Source of the DNA: Octopus vulgaris | Lineage: Eukaryota | DNA length: 64,000 nt | Reading direction: 5' to 3' | Assembly: GCA_951406725.2 (NCBI GenBank) | Contig: OX597823.1 | Span: 89,528,001-89,592,000, forward strand | Shown: one piece after another, positions 25,019 to 37,200 of the stretch | Numbering within the stretch: position 1 is the first letter of the stretch | How the letters are laid out: each line of letters opens with the position of its first letter | The notes under the pieces: generated by a model | What the model saw: the letters and a program-made list of their open reading frames with translations, nothing else | What the model was told of the DNA's origin: nothing | Databases searched by the model: none | Position numbers and translations under genes: made by a program

Positions 25019-25547
25019 GTGAGGTAAAACCTTGATGATGACATAGCAAACAACATACTGGATAATTAGTATTTTAAAAAAAGAACATTCAAATTTATAG
25101 ATAAATTAGAGGTATAGGGGCATGTGAGAAGTAAAGAGATTAAATGACTCCATTATTATAAACAGTTACCTTAATTAGTTTATAGCTATAACCTGCTATG
25201 AGGAAGTGCAAGAAACATTGACAAGCTGTAGCCAAAATATGTCCTTAAGGTCATTAAAACCAGGAAGTGTACTCACTCACTTAGTAAGAGTATGTCTGGT
25301 AGGGATATTTGCTAGCTATTTCTAGCTGGTTGAAGGACAAATTTCTCATCAAACTTCGATTGTATCTACATAATCAAATCCCTTTATCTGAATTAATTTT
25401 GAAAACTCTTGCCTCTCACAAAACAGAAATATTTCTTGTGGCTCCAGCAGACAAAATGGAAAAGGCATTGCACCATACATACACACACATATATACAAAC
25501 ACGCACACATGTATACATATGCATGCTTGTGCATGCACACATATATA

Positions 25548-26803
25548 AGTGAGTCATCCCATAAATAATGCGGGTTTTTTATACTTCTTTTATTTTTCAA
25601 AATTAAGATAAACACAGTTCTTTTTTAATCTAAAATATACTCTTCTTCATTTTCTACAATGCTCTTCCATCTCTCTCTGGTAGACTTGCAAGGCCCCTCT
25701 TTCAAAATTCACTTCTCTGTGATGAAAACTACTCCTCTAGTACTGTTTTGACCTTGTCTACAGAATTCATATTTTTTCTGCTTAAATGATTTTGAAGACT
25801 GTGGAATAAATGATAATCAGATAGGGCATTGTTTCCCATTCCAACTGCTCCAGCCTTTAGAATATCACCCTCGCTGTATGTGGTCAAGCATTATCCTGAT
25901 GGAAGAATACCTTTCATCTTGAAACCAAAGATGGTCGTTTTTCTTCTAGCGCTGACTTAAGCCACTCAAGCTGCTTGTAGTAGATCTCCTTTGTTATTGT
26001 TTGGTTTAGGTTTAAAAGTTCAAAGTGGACTAAACCTTTCATATCTCACAAAACAGGTAACAACACCTTATATGGGTGAAGACCTTCTTTAGCCTGGGTA
26101 CTGGTGTTTCTCTTTTCCCTAACCACTGTCTTCAGCGCTTGATATTTTTATAGAGAACCCATTTCTTCTCACCATCACTATTCGATCTAAAAAAGGTTCA
26201 TTCAAGAAACGTGACAGCAAAGAAGAGCACACATTCACTCTCTGTGTGTGTTTAGACTTGAAAAGTTTGTGAGGAACCCATTGACCCAATTTGCTGACTT
26301 TTCCAATGGCACGCAGGTATTGATGAATGGTTGAATGACCAAATCCAAGCTTTTCTGCAAGTTCCTCAACAGTTACAATGAGATTTTGTTCCACCAGGGT
26401 TTGCAGGACATCTTTGTCAAGCCTTACAGATCTTCCAGGCTCGTCTTCTAGGCAATAGTTTCTGGCTCAGAATTTCTGAAACTACCATTGACATTGGCTT
26501 ACACTTATAGTCCGATCCCCATTTACTGCATTAATATTCTTCACAGTTTCCATTGTGTTGTTGCCATTATTGAACTCATAAAGCAAAACATACCAAATAT
26601 GCTCTTTTGTCACTTCCATTATAGCTTTGAAAAAATAACTGTTAAAATTGAACTGCACTCTTCAAAATTTGCACTAAGAATAAGTTCAAGGTAAAATTAC
26701 TACCTTATTTTATAGCAAGTTGATGCAGATAGTTTATCCCGTTCTCCTCCGACTTTTAGTTCATGCAATTGAAAAAAACCACATTATTTATGGGATGACC
26801 CAA
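25548..26803 (-). mobile_element. Decayed full-length mariner transposon; an orphan right TIR of the same type lies at ~38615-38637
   Basis: TIRs gtcatcccataaataatgcgg / ccacattatttatgggatgac; ORF 26119-26394 has WVPHKL and FLDRIV; flanked by TA tracts. Confidence 0.9.
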
Positions 26804-26813
26804 CATATATATA

Positions 26814-26869
<56 letters not shown>

Positions 26870-27120
26870 GCCCAGTTTGATCTGGCAGTGTTTCTACGGC
26901 TGGATGCCCTTCCTAACGCCAACCACTCCATGAGTAGTGGGTGCTTCGTGCCACCGCACAGGTAGACGGAGCTGGCAACGGCCACGACGGATGGTGCTTT
27001 CGTGCCACCGGCACGGGCCAGGTGAGGCTGGCAACGAACACGAACGGATGGTGCTTTTATATATATTAAAAAAAATTAATTAATTAATTAATAAATAAAA
27101 TAATATATAAATATAAAAAT

Positions 27121-27149
<29 letters not shown>

Positions 27150-27153
<4 letters not shown>

Positions 27154-27469
27154 TACTTTGATACTTTGATAGGTTTCGGCCATTATTGGCGCAGGCCATG
27201 TCTAACTTAATAGCAGCACCTGCTATTTGTATATATATATTTAAAATTTATAAGTTTAAATTATTTAAATAATTTTTAAATTTTTAATTTTTATGTTTTT
27301 AAATTAATTTTATGTATTGGCTTATGTTTTTCACTGTTTGATTTGCCTAATAGTGGTTTTATCTCTAATTTAATTTAATATAATATAATATATTTATACT
27401 ATAAAATTGGATTTAATCCTAAAACTAATTTTTCCCTGTAAGTTTGGATTTATTCCCTAATATTATTAT

Positions 27470-27470
<1 letters not shown>
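27150..27470 (-). mobile_element. AT-rich (TA)n-associated repeat, related to 21775-21880
   Basis: Reverse complement contains agggaataaatccaaacttacagggaaaaa, matching agggaataaaatccaaacttacaaggaaaaa at ~21790. The class is unresolved (possibly a Penelope-like end). Confidence 0.55.
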
Positions 27471-27506
<36 letters not shown>

Positions 27507-27559
27507 CACATGCACACATATACACAGCTCTACAGAAATATTTATAACAAATTGTAGAC

Positions 27560-27930
27560 AGAGAGCTAGGAGGTCATACACTGGATCATCAAATATTTCA
27601 CTAGTTATAGACTGTTTTACAGTAAACTGGCAGAAAGCAAGTGCATACAAAATGAGGTGGATGGGAAAAGTACTTTAAGGAAACATTTAAAGCCTTACTG
27701 AAAAGCTTTGAGATAACCTAACACCTGGGAAATGCAAGCACAAGACCATCTTGCCCAGTGAAGTTCCAGCAACAGAGTTGCCACCTTCTATGACCTGATC
27801 AGGGTAGCAGGAGCACAAAGAAAACGCAAACTGTGCAAGTCGAGAGCCAACCCCTCACCTTTAGATGGACTGACCGGCCACAGCCAAACACACTGTACCC
27901 CATTTTCTCCCATGTGATGTCTTTGGTCAT
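27560..27930 (+). mobile_element. Old RTE (BovB-like) C-terminal fragment
   Basis: Broken frames RLFYSKLAESK, FKETFKALLKSFEI and TWEMQAQD parallel the 22332-23096 ORF. Confidence 0.6.
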
Positions 27931-28420
27931 TGTCAACAATGACAAATGAATTAATGATAGTATGCCAGTGGCACATAAAAAGCACCAACCAATCGTGGCC
28001 GTTGCCAGCTTCGCCTGGCACCTGTGCCGGTGGCACGTAAAAAGCACCCACTACACTCACGGAGTGGTTGGCATTAGGAAGGGCATCCAGCTGTAGAAAC
28101 ACTGCCAGATCAGCCTGGGCCTGGTGCAGCCACCTGGCTTCCCAGACCCCAGTCGAACCATCCAACCCATGCTAGCATGGAAAGCGGACGTTAAACGGTG
28201 ATGATGATGATGATGGTATGCCTGTTCAGCATGATACAATGCAATTGTCTATTCACAAATCAATGCAAATAAAGAAAGCTAACTCATCAGATCATCAGAA
28301 CATCATGGTTACACCAACGATTCAACTCTCTATGTACACACAACATATTCTCTTTATATATGGAAGACCACAACCAGATAAATATTGGCTTGGTTTGGTC
28401 AGTAAAAATAAAGATATATT

Positions 28421-28843
28421 GGCGCAGGAGTGGCTGTGTGGTAAGTAGCTTGCTTACCAACCACATGGTTCCGGGTTCAGTCCCACTGCGTGGCACCTTG
28501 GGCAAGTGTCTTCTGCTATAGCCTCGGGCCGACCAATGCCTTGTGAGTGGATTTGGTAGACAGAAACTGAAGGAAGCCTGTTCTATATATGTATATATAC
28601 ATATATATATGTATGTGAGTGTGTGTGTATATGTTTGTGTGTCTGTGTTTGTCCCCCTAGCATTGCTTGACAACCGATGCTGGTGTGTTTACGTCCCCGT
28701 CACTTAGCGGTTCAGCAAAAGAGACCGATAGAATAAGTACTGGGCTTACAATGAATAAGTCCCGGGGTCGATTTGCTTGACTAAAGGCGGTGCTCCAGCA
28801 TGGCCACAGTCAAATGACTGAAACAAGTAAAAGAGTAAAGAGT
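28421..28843 (+). mobile_element. tRNA-derived SINE family A, full length
   Basis: ggcgcaggagtggctgtgtggtaag (A-box-like), gggttcagtccc (B-box-like), internal TA/TG microsatellite, tail gaaacaagtaaaagagtaaagagt. Confidence 0.9.
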
Positions 28844-29234
28844 GTTTAATATCAGTGAAGGTCCTAGATAGAAATTCAAGGAAATGACTATCCTTAATGT
28901 TAACAAAAAACAGGAAGAGATTAAAAGAGGAAGTAAAAAGTAATTAAAGTAAGTATAAAAATAAGAAGCTTAAAAAGTGTATGAAAATATATATAAAAAG
29001 ACATATGGAGGACAGACAGATGGAAATATAAGATTACCCCAAGAAATAATATTGAACAACAGTATCCTTCAAGCAGAGTTAAAAGGTTAAAACCCTTACA
29101 TAGAAGCATATGATCCTTTAAATTTTAATCACATTTTCCAAACACACCCCAAAAAACACACACACACACACACATACATATATTCATGCATACATCTCTT
29201 TTATTTCAATAATTTATATTTTCTTTAACATAAA

Positions 29235-29509
29235 GGCTGCCATATTTAACATCAAAATTTTTAAATGAGAGCCCGCATAAAAAAATCTGAGAGCCTGATA
29301 AATGAACCCCAAAGCGTTGCAAGCCATCCAGATCTTGTGTCTGACACTAAATCTCAAACTGAGTCACTCCTACTGAGGGGCAGAACCCGGAATTTACATA
29401 ATGATTCATACGTAAGTTTAATTTGATCTCTCCTTATTCGCTTGCTTCTTTGTTATTTTTATTTTCATTTTTTTTATTTTTATTTTTCTATTTTGGGTGT
29501 CTGGCAACC
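29235..29509. mobile_element. Possible small DNA-transposon derivative with GGTTGCCA-type termini
   Basis: ggctgccata ... tctggcaacc imperfect short TIRs. Confidence 0.4.
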
Positions 29510-29625
29510 ATTCTTTATCTTTTTCTAGTTTCAAGCCTATAAGCAGTGGTAATGCTGGAGCACCACAATTGATATGTTCTATCGTTGATTTGTTGCCACA
29601 ACTTAAGTCTTAGCTCAGACTAAAA

Positions 29626-29694
29626 AAGTAGTAGTAGTAGTAGTAGTAGTTGTAGTAGTAGCAGCAGCAGCAGTAGTAGTAGTAATAGTAGTAA

Positions 29695-29751
<57 letters not shown>

Positions 29752-29946
29752 CAGCACCAGCAGCAGCAGCAGTAGTAGTAGTAGTAGAGGTGGCGGCAAC
29801 AAGCACCAACAGCACCAACACCACTACCTGCAGCAGTAGTAGTGGTGGTGGTGATAGTAGTAGTAGTAGAGGTGGCGGTAACAGAAGCACCAACACCACT
29901 ACCTGCAGCAGCAGCATAGTAGTAGTAGTAGTAGTAGTAGTAGTAG
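29626..29946. repeat. Compound (TAG)n/(CAG)n microsatellite with internal duplication
   Basis: Direct reading; the gaggtggcgg..aagcaccaaca..ccactacctgcagcag module occurs twice. Confidence 0.95.
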
Positions 29947-30759
29947 GGATGGTAGTGTTGGTGTAGTTGTTATTATTTATTTAGCTTCAAGTCAGCCATG
30001 ATGTAGCAGAAGAGCAATCCACCCATGATCAAGTCATTTCATTTCATAGATTTAGTATATTTAGGATCAAAAGAAGTATGTGGCCTAATAGTTAGACAAC
30101 TGGGCTCTTGATCACAAAATCATGGATTCGATTCCCAGTCTGGGAAGAAGGTATGTAGAACAAGGCACTTTGCTTTCACACTGCTCTACTGAGTTCGCAA
30201 TACTAATTAAAAAGATTTGATTAGAAGAATTTGCATACAGCGTATTCTTGATACCTGGTTTGATTATTAATCTGAAATATAAACATATTTCTCCTCAAAT
30301 ATGCTGCTTTGTTTCAGTTCAGGTAAATTTTTACTATTATAACTCTCACTTTGAAGATAAAATTTTACCTAAAGAACAAGTGTTTTCCAACGGTTTCCAT
30401 GTTCACAACTCATAAGAACATTTAAAAATTCATGTGTCCAACAAAATCTAGTCAGGGAGAAGTAAAAAGCACTCATGTTAGTGCCATGTAAAAAGCACTG
30501 GTGCTGGAGCCATGTGAAAAGCACCCAGTCCACTCTGTAAAGTAGCTGGCATTAGGAAGGGCATTTAGCCATAGGAACCATGCCTGAACAGACATTTGGA
30601 GGCTCTCCAGCTTGCCACCTCCTGTCAAACTGTCCAACCCATGCCAGCATGGAAAACGGACATTAAATGATGGTGGTGGTGGTGATGGTAATGATGATGA
30701 CGATGATGATGGGAAAAATATATATTTCACTTTCAAAGTGAAATGGTGTGATGATAAAA

Positions 30760-31968
30760 CTTTGCCTCAATTAATTTTTTTAAATAATGGAGAGTTTAGC
30801 AAAATAACATTGTCCTCATTAAGTTAGTGTTTAAAACAAATTAATACGAAATATTTTAATTTAGATCACTTTGAAAGAGGGGGTTTGTATTATTGAACCA
30901 AGAGTGGTCTCATTGAGTCCGGTGTCAACAAGGTTAACTCTTTCGTTTCCTTATTTCTATTGAAATCCACTACTTTTAAAATCACAAAGAATTTAATAAA
31001 AAACAACTTTATTGTTATATAGCTGGTTTGGGGACCATAAATTAACATGAAATTTTAGTGAAAGGTGTAAATTTAGATCACTCCAAAAGAGGGAAGTTTG
31101 TCATAGAACCGGAGGTGGTCACAGATGGGTTAGATTTAAAAGGGTTAATTCATTTGTTACTTTTTTTTCTGTTATGGTACACAGCTTTTGTTTCAATTAA
31201 TTTTTAAAATAACTGTCATTATTAAACTGGTGTTAGACAGTGAGCTAGCAGAATCATGAGTATGCCAAGCAAAATGCTTAGTAGCCTTTCATCTACCTTT
31301 ATGTTCTAAGTTCAAATTCTGCCGAGGGTTGACTTTGCCTTCCATCCTTTCAGAGTCAATAAAATAAGTACCAGTTGCATACTGGGGTTAATGTAATTGA
31401 CTTACCCCCTCCAAACTTGCTGACCTTGTGCCAAAATTTGAAACTATTATCAAGCTGGTGTTTAGAACATGAATTAACGTAGGCATAGAAGTGGCTGTGT
31501 GGTAAGTAGCTTGCTTACCAACCACATGGTTCCGGGTTCAGTCCCACTGCATGGCACCTTGGGCAAGTGTCTTCTACTATAGCCTCAGGCCAACCAAAGC
31601 CTTGTGAGTAGATTTGGTAGATGAAAACTGAAAAAGAAGCCCATTGTATATATGTGTATGTTTGTGTGTCTGTGTTTGTCCCCCCAACATTGCTTGACAG
31701 CCGATGCTGGTGTGTTTACGTCCTCGTAACTTAGCGGTTCAGCAAAAGAGACCAATAGAATAAGTACTAGGCTTACAAAGAATAAGTCCTGGGGTCAATC
31801 TGCTCAACTAAAGGTGGTGCTCCAGCATGGCCATAGTCAAATGACTGAAACAAATAAAGAGTAACATTAAATTTTGACAAAAGACTTTGATTCAAATCTC
31901 TTTTAAACACAAAGTTTGTATCATAGAACCAGAGGTGATCTTATTAAACTTGGTATCAAAATGGTTAA
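30760..31968. mobile_element. Three head-to-tail TTAA-flanked MITEs, the third interrupted by SINE B (31238-31445) and SINE A (31481-31862); a similar tandem lies at ~60830-61140
   Basis: Variants of tttagatcact...agaaccagaggtggtc...aaagggttaa end at ~30937, 31148 and 31968, each unit sharing a TTAA with the next. Confidence 0.7.
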
Positions 31969-33377
31969 ACAGTTCTCTTTTACTGCATCACATCACTGAA
32001 CTTAGACTAATTAATATTAATCTATGAATAATGAAGGCTCTTAAAAATCCCTAGTAATTCTAAAACTAGATCATTAGATTTATTGACCCTACAACTGGTA
32101 GAATAGTGACAGCCCTTGAGTTAGGTGTCCACTCCTGATCGGCACCTCTCAAGTCTATACAGGCTTATACAGCAGATCCAAAAGTGCTGCTCATATAAAA
32201 GCACCTCTCAAAGCAAATTTCAATCTCTTCACATCGGGAGTTTGTAGAATTAGGTTTTATTTTGAAATTACAAGAAGCAAAAAAGATGTGCAGTAAACTT
32301 TTACCATTACACCTGCTTCGATTTGAAAGTGAAATGTATGTTTTCATATGTATTTTTTTTAATGCTGTTTTGAACGAACCTAACCATCAAAACCATTGGG
32401 AAACACTTATAGTTTAGGTAAGCCCCTCCTTGCAGATGAGATGGGTATAAATTGTAAACATTGCAGATTTCATAACTTTCGGTCAAAAATAAGAATCAAA
32501 AAAACATATCAAATCTGCTACAAATTATATTACAAGTTAGTAAATGACCATTCCTAAATACAACAATATTAGTAATTATCATTTTTTTGTCAAATATATG
32601 ATTAATCCTTTAGCATTCAGATTACTCTGCCAAATACAATGCTTATTTATTTATATTAATTTGAATTACTTATGTGTCATCTTGTAGCTTCAATATTTCA
32701 ATGATGTGATTATTTAGTTTTAGAAGCCTTTATTCAATTTGATATTGATGGTTTCTGAGGGAAGTAGTGTGGCCTAGCCATTAGGGTGTTCAGCTAGTGA
32801 TCATAGAATCACTGGTTCATTTCTAGGATTGAGTAGGGCACTGTGTCCTGGAACAAGGTACTTCATTTTATGAAAGTCCAATCTTCTCAGTTGAAAAAGA
32901 AATACCAGCCAAATAGCGGTGCATCTCTCGCTGTCTCTCTCTCTGTGCATATATATATAGCTCTTACATCCTGGATGGAACATTGGATCAAAGGATGAGA
33001 GAGTCAAGAGGTGTCTATATCTGCTCATGACTACAGAGGCACATAAAAGCAATTAGTTAAAGCATTGTACATGTTATCAAGCCATATTTTTTTTTGGAGG
33101 GCAATGACTGACTCGTTAGATGGTTTCTAGGTTGAAACATTACAGTATAACATTCCATATGAAGTAATCTTATGAAAGAATATGTAACATTAGGGATAAC
33201 AGTGCTGAAGTTGGAAGGATATTAAGTAATAAAAAAAAGTCAAAATTAAGAAATACACTGGAACTATAAATGTTAAATGTATTGTTTGCAGCTAAATTTA
33301 GATTAAGAATATTAAACAAATGTTGTAGCACTAGCGAAAGACATGAAAATTTTTTTTAAACTTATTACAAGCTTTAG

Positions 33378-33407
33378 GTACAATGGCTTCAAATCTGAGC
33401 AAAAATG
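33378..33407 (+). other. Candidate small exon carrying a start codon (MASNLSKN)
   Basis: gctttag|gtacaATGGCTTCAAATCTGAGCAAAAATG|gtaagt; A at -3 and G at +4; strong donor but uncertain acceptor. Confidence 0.3.
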
Positions 33408-33930
33408 GTAAGTTTAATAGAAGTAAATGTACAATTTATATTTATAATTTGTTGTAGAGTTTTAGTCTACAGTTTTTGTATTTTTATAAATGAACCTTAG
33501 ATGAGTATATACATATATATTCAATATAATTTTTAAAAATACATGTTCATTATGGACTTCTGGTAACACATGTGCAATGATATACAGTTACCTGGCCCTA
33601 GCCAGAACAAAGCATTCATGACCAGACTAGATTTTATGTGCCATGCACAAACACAAGTAATCTGTCATTTGAATTTCTACTTGGCAAACATTGAATTCTG
33701 AAATATCTCCACAACTTCTTTTAAAACTTATGTTTCATTTTAATTATTTCAGTTAATATTCTTCATTTATTTATAAATTGTTATGTTTTGTTTTTTTAAT
33801 ATTAAATGCACATTCTATTAACAACTGCTTTGCTAGACTTCCTCTTGTAGCTCTCTCCTTTAAATTTTACATTTTCAACTGTTGCATGCTTTGTCAGCAC
33901 TCTACTAAGAATTAATACTTCGTTGCTTGG

Positions 33931-34693
33931 CATATGTACATATGTGTGCCTCACAACCCCCCCTCCCCCAACCCTACACACATTTTGTTTCCTCATAACC
34001 TCCAGAAAATGGTTATTTTGGAATGAAATTTTCTACAAATACACTTCAAAAAGTATAGATTCTGATTATATGAGCATGTGTGAAAAAATGTTTCCGTGGG
34101 TGGGGAGAAGAGTTTCAGGAAATTCATCTAAGTTGAATTTGTTTCTTCATAACTTTCAGAAAAATGTGTATTCTTTAATGAAATTTTCTACAAATACCTT
34201 TCAGAGTTTGTAGATTACTACTATCCTTAAATCCTTAAAAATGTTTTAGCCCAAAGAAAAAAATTGGTGGGCTTGCACACATACATACTAACAAATACCA
34301 CATATAGTTGCAAAATGGAACTTGAAAATTTGAAAAAAATTGTCATGTATGTCAGTGTGTATGTATGTATATGAGCCTACCATTTTTTTTTCTTCTCATA
34401 AAATTCCAATATAATCAAAATTTACACACTCTGAAAGGTATGTATAGATAATTTCATTTAAAAATACCCATTTTTCTAAAAGTTATGAGGAAACAAAGCC
34501 TATTCACATGAATTTTCTGAAACTTTTCACCCCACATCCTCCAAAAAAATTTTTTATTTTCACAGCAAATTTTAATTGAAACTATACCATCTGAAACATT
34601 TTCAGAGAAAATTTCATTAAAAGATATCCAATTTTCTGCAAGTTATGCAGAAACAAAGTCGGGTTGAGGGCACACTTTTGTAGGTATACATAT
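33931..34693. mobile_element. ~760-bp foldback element with long, internally repeated TIRs
   Basis: Left arm has two tttgtttcctcataac..agaaaa..aatgaaattttctacaaatac-type units; right arm has two reverse-complement units; ends atatgtaca..gtgtgcc..caaccc / gggttgagggcacac..tacatat. Confidence 0.8.
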
Positions 34694-34837
34694 TGCTTTA
34701 GCAATGGTAAATATATGTTTACTATTTTTCTTTTCAACGTAAGTAATACTAAGATCACATTGTTATTAAATATCTACATAAGAGCTTGCTTCCCTTTGCT
34801 TTCATTTTGTATGCAAAAATATTTGATTACATTATTA

Positions 34838-35359
34838 CCGTAAATCCTTGAGTATAATCTGCACTTTTTTCCCAAAATTTAAAGGTCAAAATCCCTAGTG
34901 TGTACTATATACGAGGTTAAAAATGAAAAATATTTTCTAAGCAATGTCCAAGTCTCTATTTGCAGTCCGGCAATGTTTATTCAGACACATTTTGTGATGT
35001 CAGGCGCAAAAATACATTAAGCTAAGCCTGAAAGCAATGAAGTCATAAAAGAATCATCCATAACTGGCAGTAAACAACATTTATTAAAATAAAAGTATTC
35101 AGAACACAGAATAACATGTAACAAAAACAATTTGCAAACATATCTACATTTCCATATAACAGTTAAGAACATCATCATTACTGTATTACGTATGCGTGGA
35201 AGTGTTTGTTCGACTAGGTGCTGCTGACTTAATTACACACAACTCAAGTTAGAGAAGGGGTGCATATTATACACAAGGCTTAGGTTTTTCAGAAGTACAG
35301 CCCCCTAAAAATCCCCTGCGTATTATACTCAAGGGTGAGCTATACTCGAGGATTTACGG
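34838..35359. mobile_element. Tc1/mariner-superfamily (Tc2/pogo-like CCGTA termini) MITE, copy 1
   Basis: TIR ccgtaaatccttgagtata / tatactcgaggatttacgg with TA on both sides; near-identical to 44413-44925. Confidence 0.92.
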
Positions 35360-36801
35360 TATATATTATATATAAACAAACAATACACATTTTTTATTCA
35401 GTTTGCATTAAAAGAGTGACAGTAATGTGAATGAGATGGGCTCAAATTTTCACTACACAAACGCAGAGAGGATAATGGTATTTATGATGATGTTGTGTCA
35501 GTAATGAATACTAACTGTATTCGAAATGTTTCAAAATGTGCGTGCGTTTGTGTGTGTGTGCATGTGTGTGTGTATTAAAATTTATTGGCAGTAAGTAATC
35601 TTTCATTGCATTATAAATGTACATTCATCATCATCATCATTGTTTAACATCCATTTTCCATGCTGCCATGGGTTGGACAGTTCGACTGGGTTCTGGGATG
35701 CCAGGAGGCTGCACCAGGCTCCAGTCTGATCTGCATTTCATCTTATAATTCTATTCTATGTTTTCTGCTACTGACATTTGATATTTCTTCATGTTGCATA
35801 TTTTACCAGTGCTCTTCTTACCTGTATGTCATATGTATATTTATGCATATGCACTATATGATACGATGAGATCAAATCAATGTAAAATATGCTATCTTAA
35901 AGATAGTGTGTTTGCACCAGTATATACATATATATGATGATGGAATCACCTGTCAAAGATGATGTATAAGTGTTCAGTAAGAAGATAATAATGCCCAACA
36001 GACACATGCCTGCACATACACACATACACACACACACATGTATATTAACCTATATGAATATTTATTTCTTTATTGTCCACAGGGGGCTAAACATAGAGGG
36101 GACAAACAAGTACAGACAAAGGGATCAAGTCGATTACATCGACCCCAGTGCATAACTGGTACTTATTTAATCAAACCCAAAAGGATGAAAGGTAATGTCA
36201 ACCTCAGCAGAATTTGAATTCAAAACGTAATCTTTTCTACTCTAGGCACAAGGCCCGAAATTTTGGTGGAAGGAGGGGGCAGTCGATTAGATCGATCCCA
36301 GTATGCAACTGGTACTTAATTTATCAATCCCTAAAAGGAAGAAAGGCAAAGTCGACCTCGGCGGAATTTGAACTCAGAACGTAAAGACACGCAAATTACC
36401 GTTAAGCATTTCGCCTGGCGTGCTAACGTTTCTGGCAGCTCACCGCCTTGTATGAAAATTGATTGGTTGCTTTACATCATACAGAAGTAGGGAAGAGGGA
36501 GAAAAAGAGACCTGCAGAAGGATTTAACATAAAGTGTGCTAGATGAGTGCACACACTGGGCTTCGTAGCAGGCAATGAGTAAAAGAATATTACATGCACA
36601 CAGACAGTGAGAGAGAAGAATCATAGAAACTGAGAGATTGGGGAAGTGGAGGCAGAAGTGACAGAATAGTTGGATGTTGCTGAAGAAGGCATTATAATAA
36701 TTAATATTTATTATAATTAATATTTCTTCAGATGTTTTTCATGTAAGCTGTTTGATAACAGAGTAAATTTAATCTCTCTTTCTTTTCTCTTTCTCTTTTA
36801 T

Positions 36802-37200
36802 CTCTTTTACTTGTTTCAGTCATTTGACTGCAGCCATGCTGGAGCACCACCTTTAGTCGAGCAAATCGACCCCGGGACTTATTCTTTGTAAGCCCAGTAC
36901 TTATTCTATCGGTCTCTTTTGCCGAACAGCTAAGTGACGGGGACATAAACACACCAGCATCGGTTGTCAAGCAATGCTAGGGGGACAAACACAGACACAC
37001 AAACATACATGCACACATATATATATATACATATATACGACGGGCTTCTTTCAGTTTCCGTCTACCAAATCCACTCACAAGGCTTTGGTCGGCCCGAGGC
37101 TATAGTAGAAGACACTTGCCCAAGGTGCCACGCAGTGGGACTGAACCTGGAACCATGTGGTTCGTAAGCAAGCTACTTACCACACAGCCACTCCTGCGCC
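36802..37200 (-). mobile_element. SINE family A, full length, CpG-rich
   Basis: Reverse complement of the 28421 and 39645 copies. Confidence 0.92.

Noticed and set aside
28287-28673. Recurrent MSSNARGTNTDTQT...PKVPRSGTEPGTMWLVSK ORFs suggesting a peptide family
   Set aside because: Antisense translation of SINE family A copies.
29615-29917. Poly-Thr / poly-Leu ORFs
   Set aside because: Translations of a (TAG/CAG)n microsatellite.
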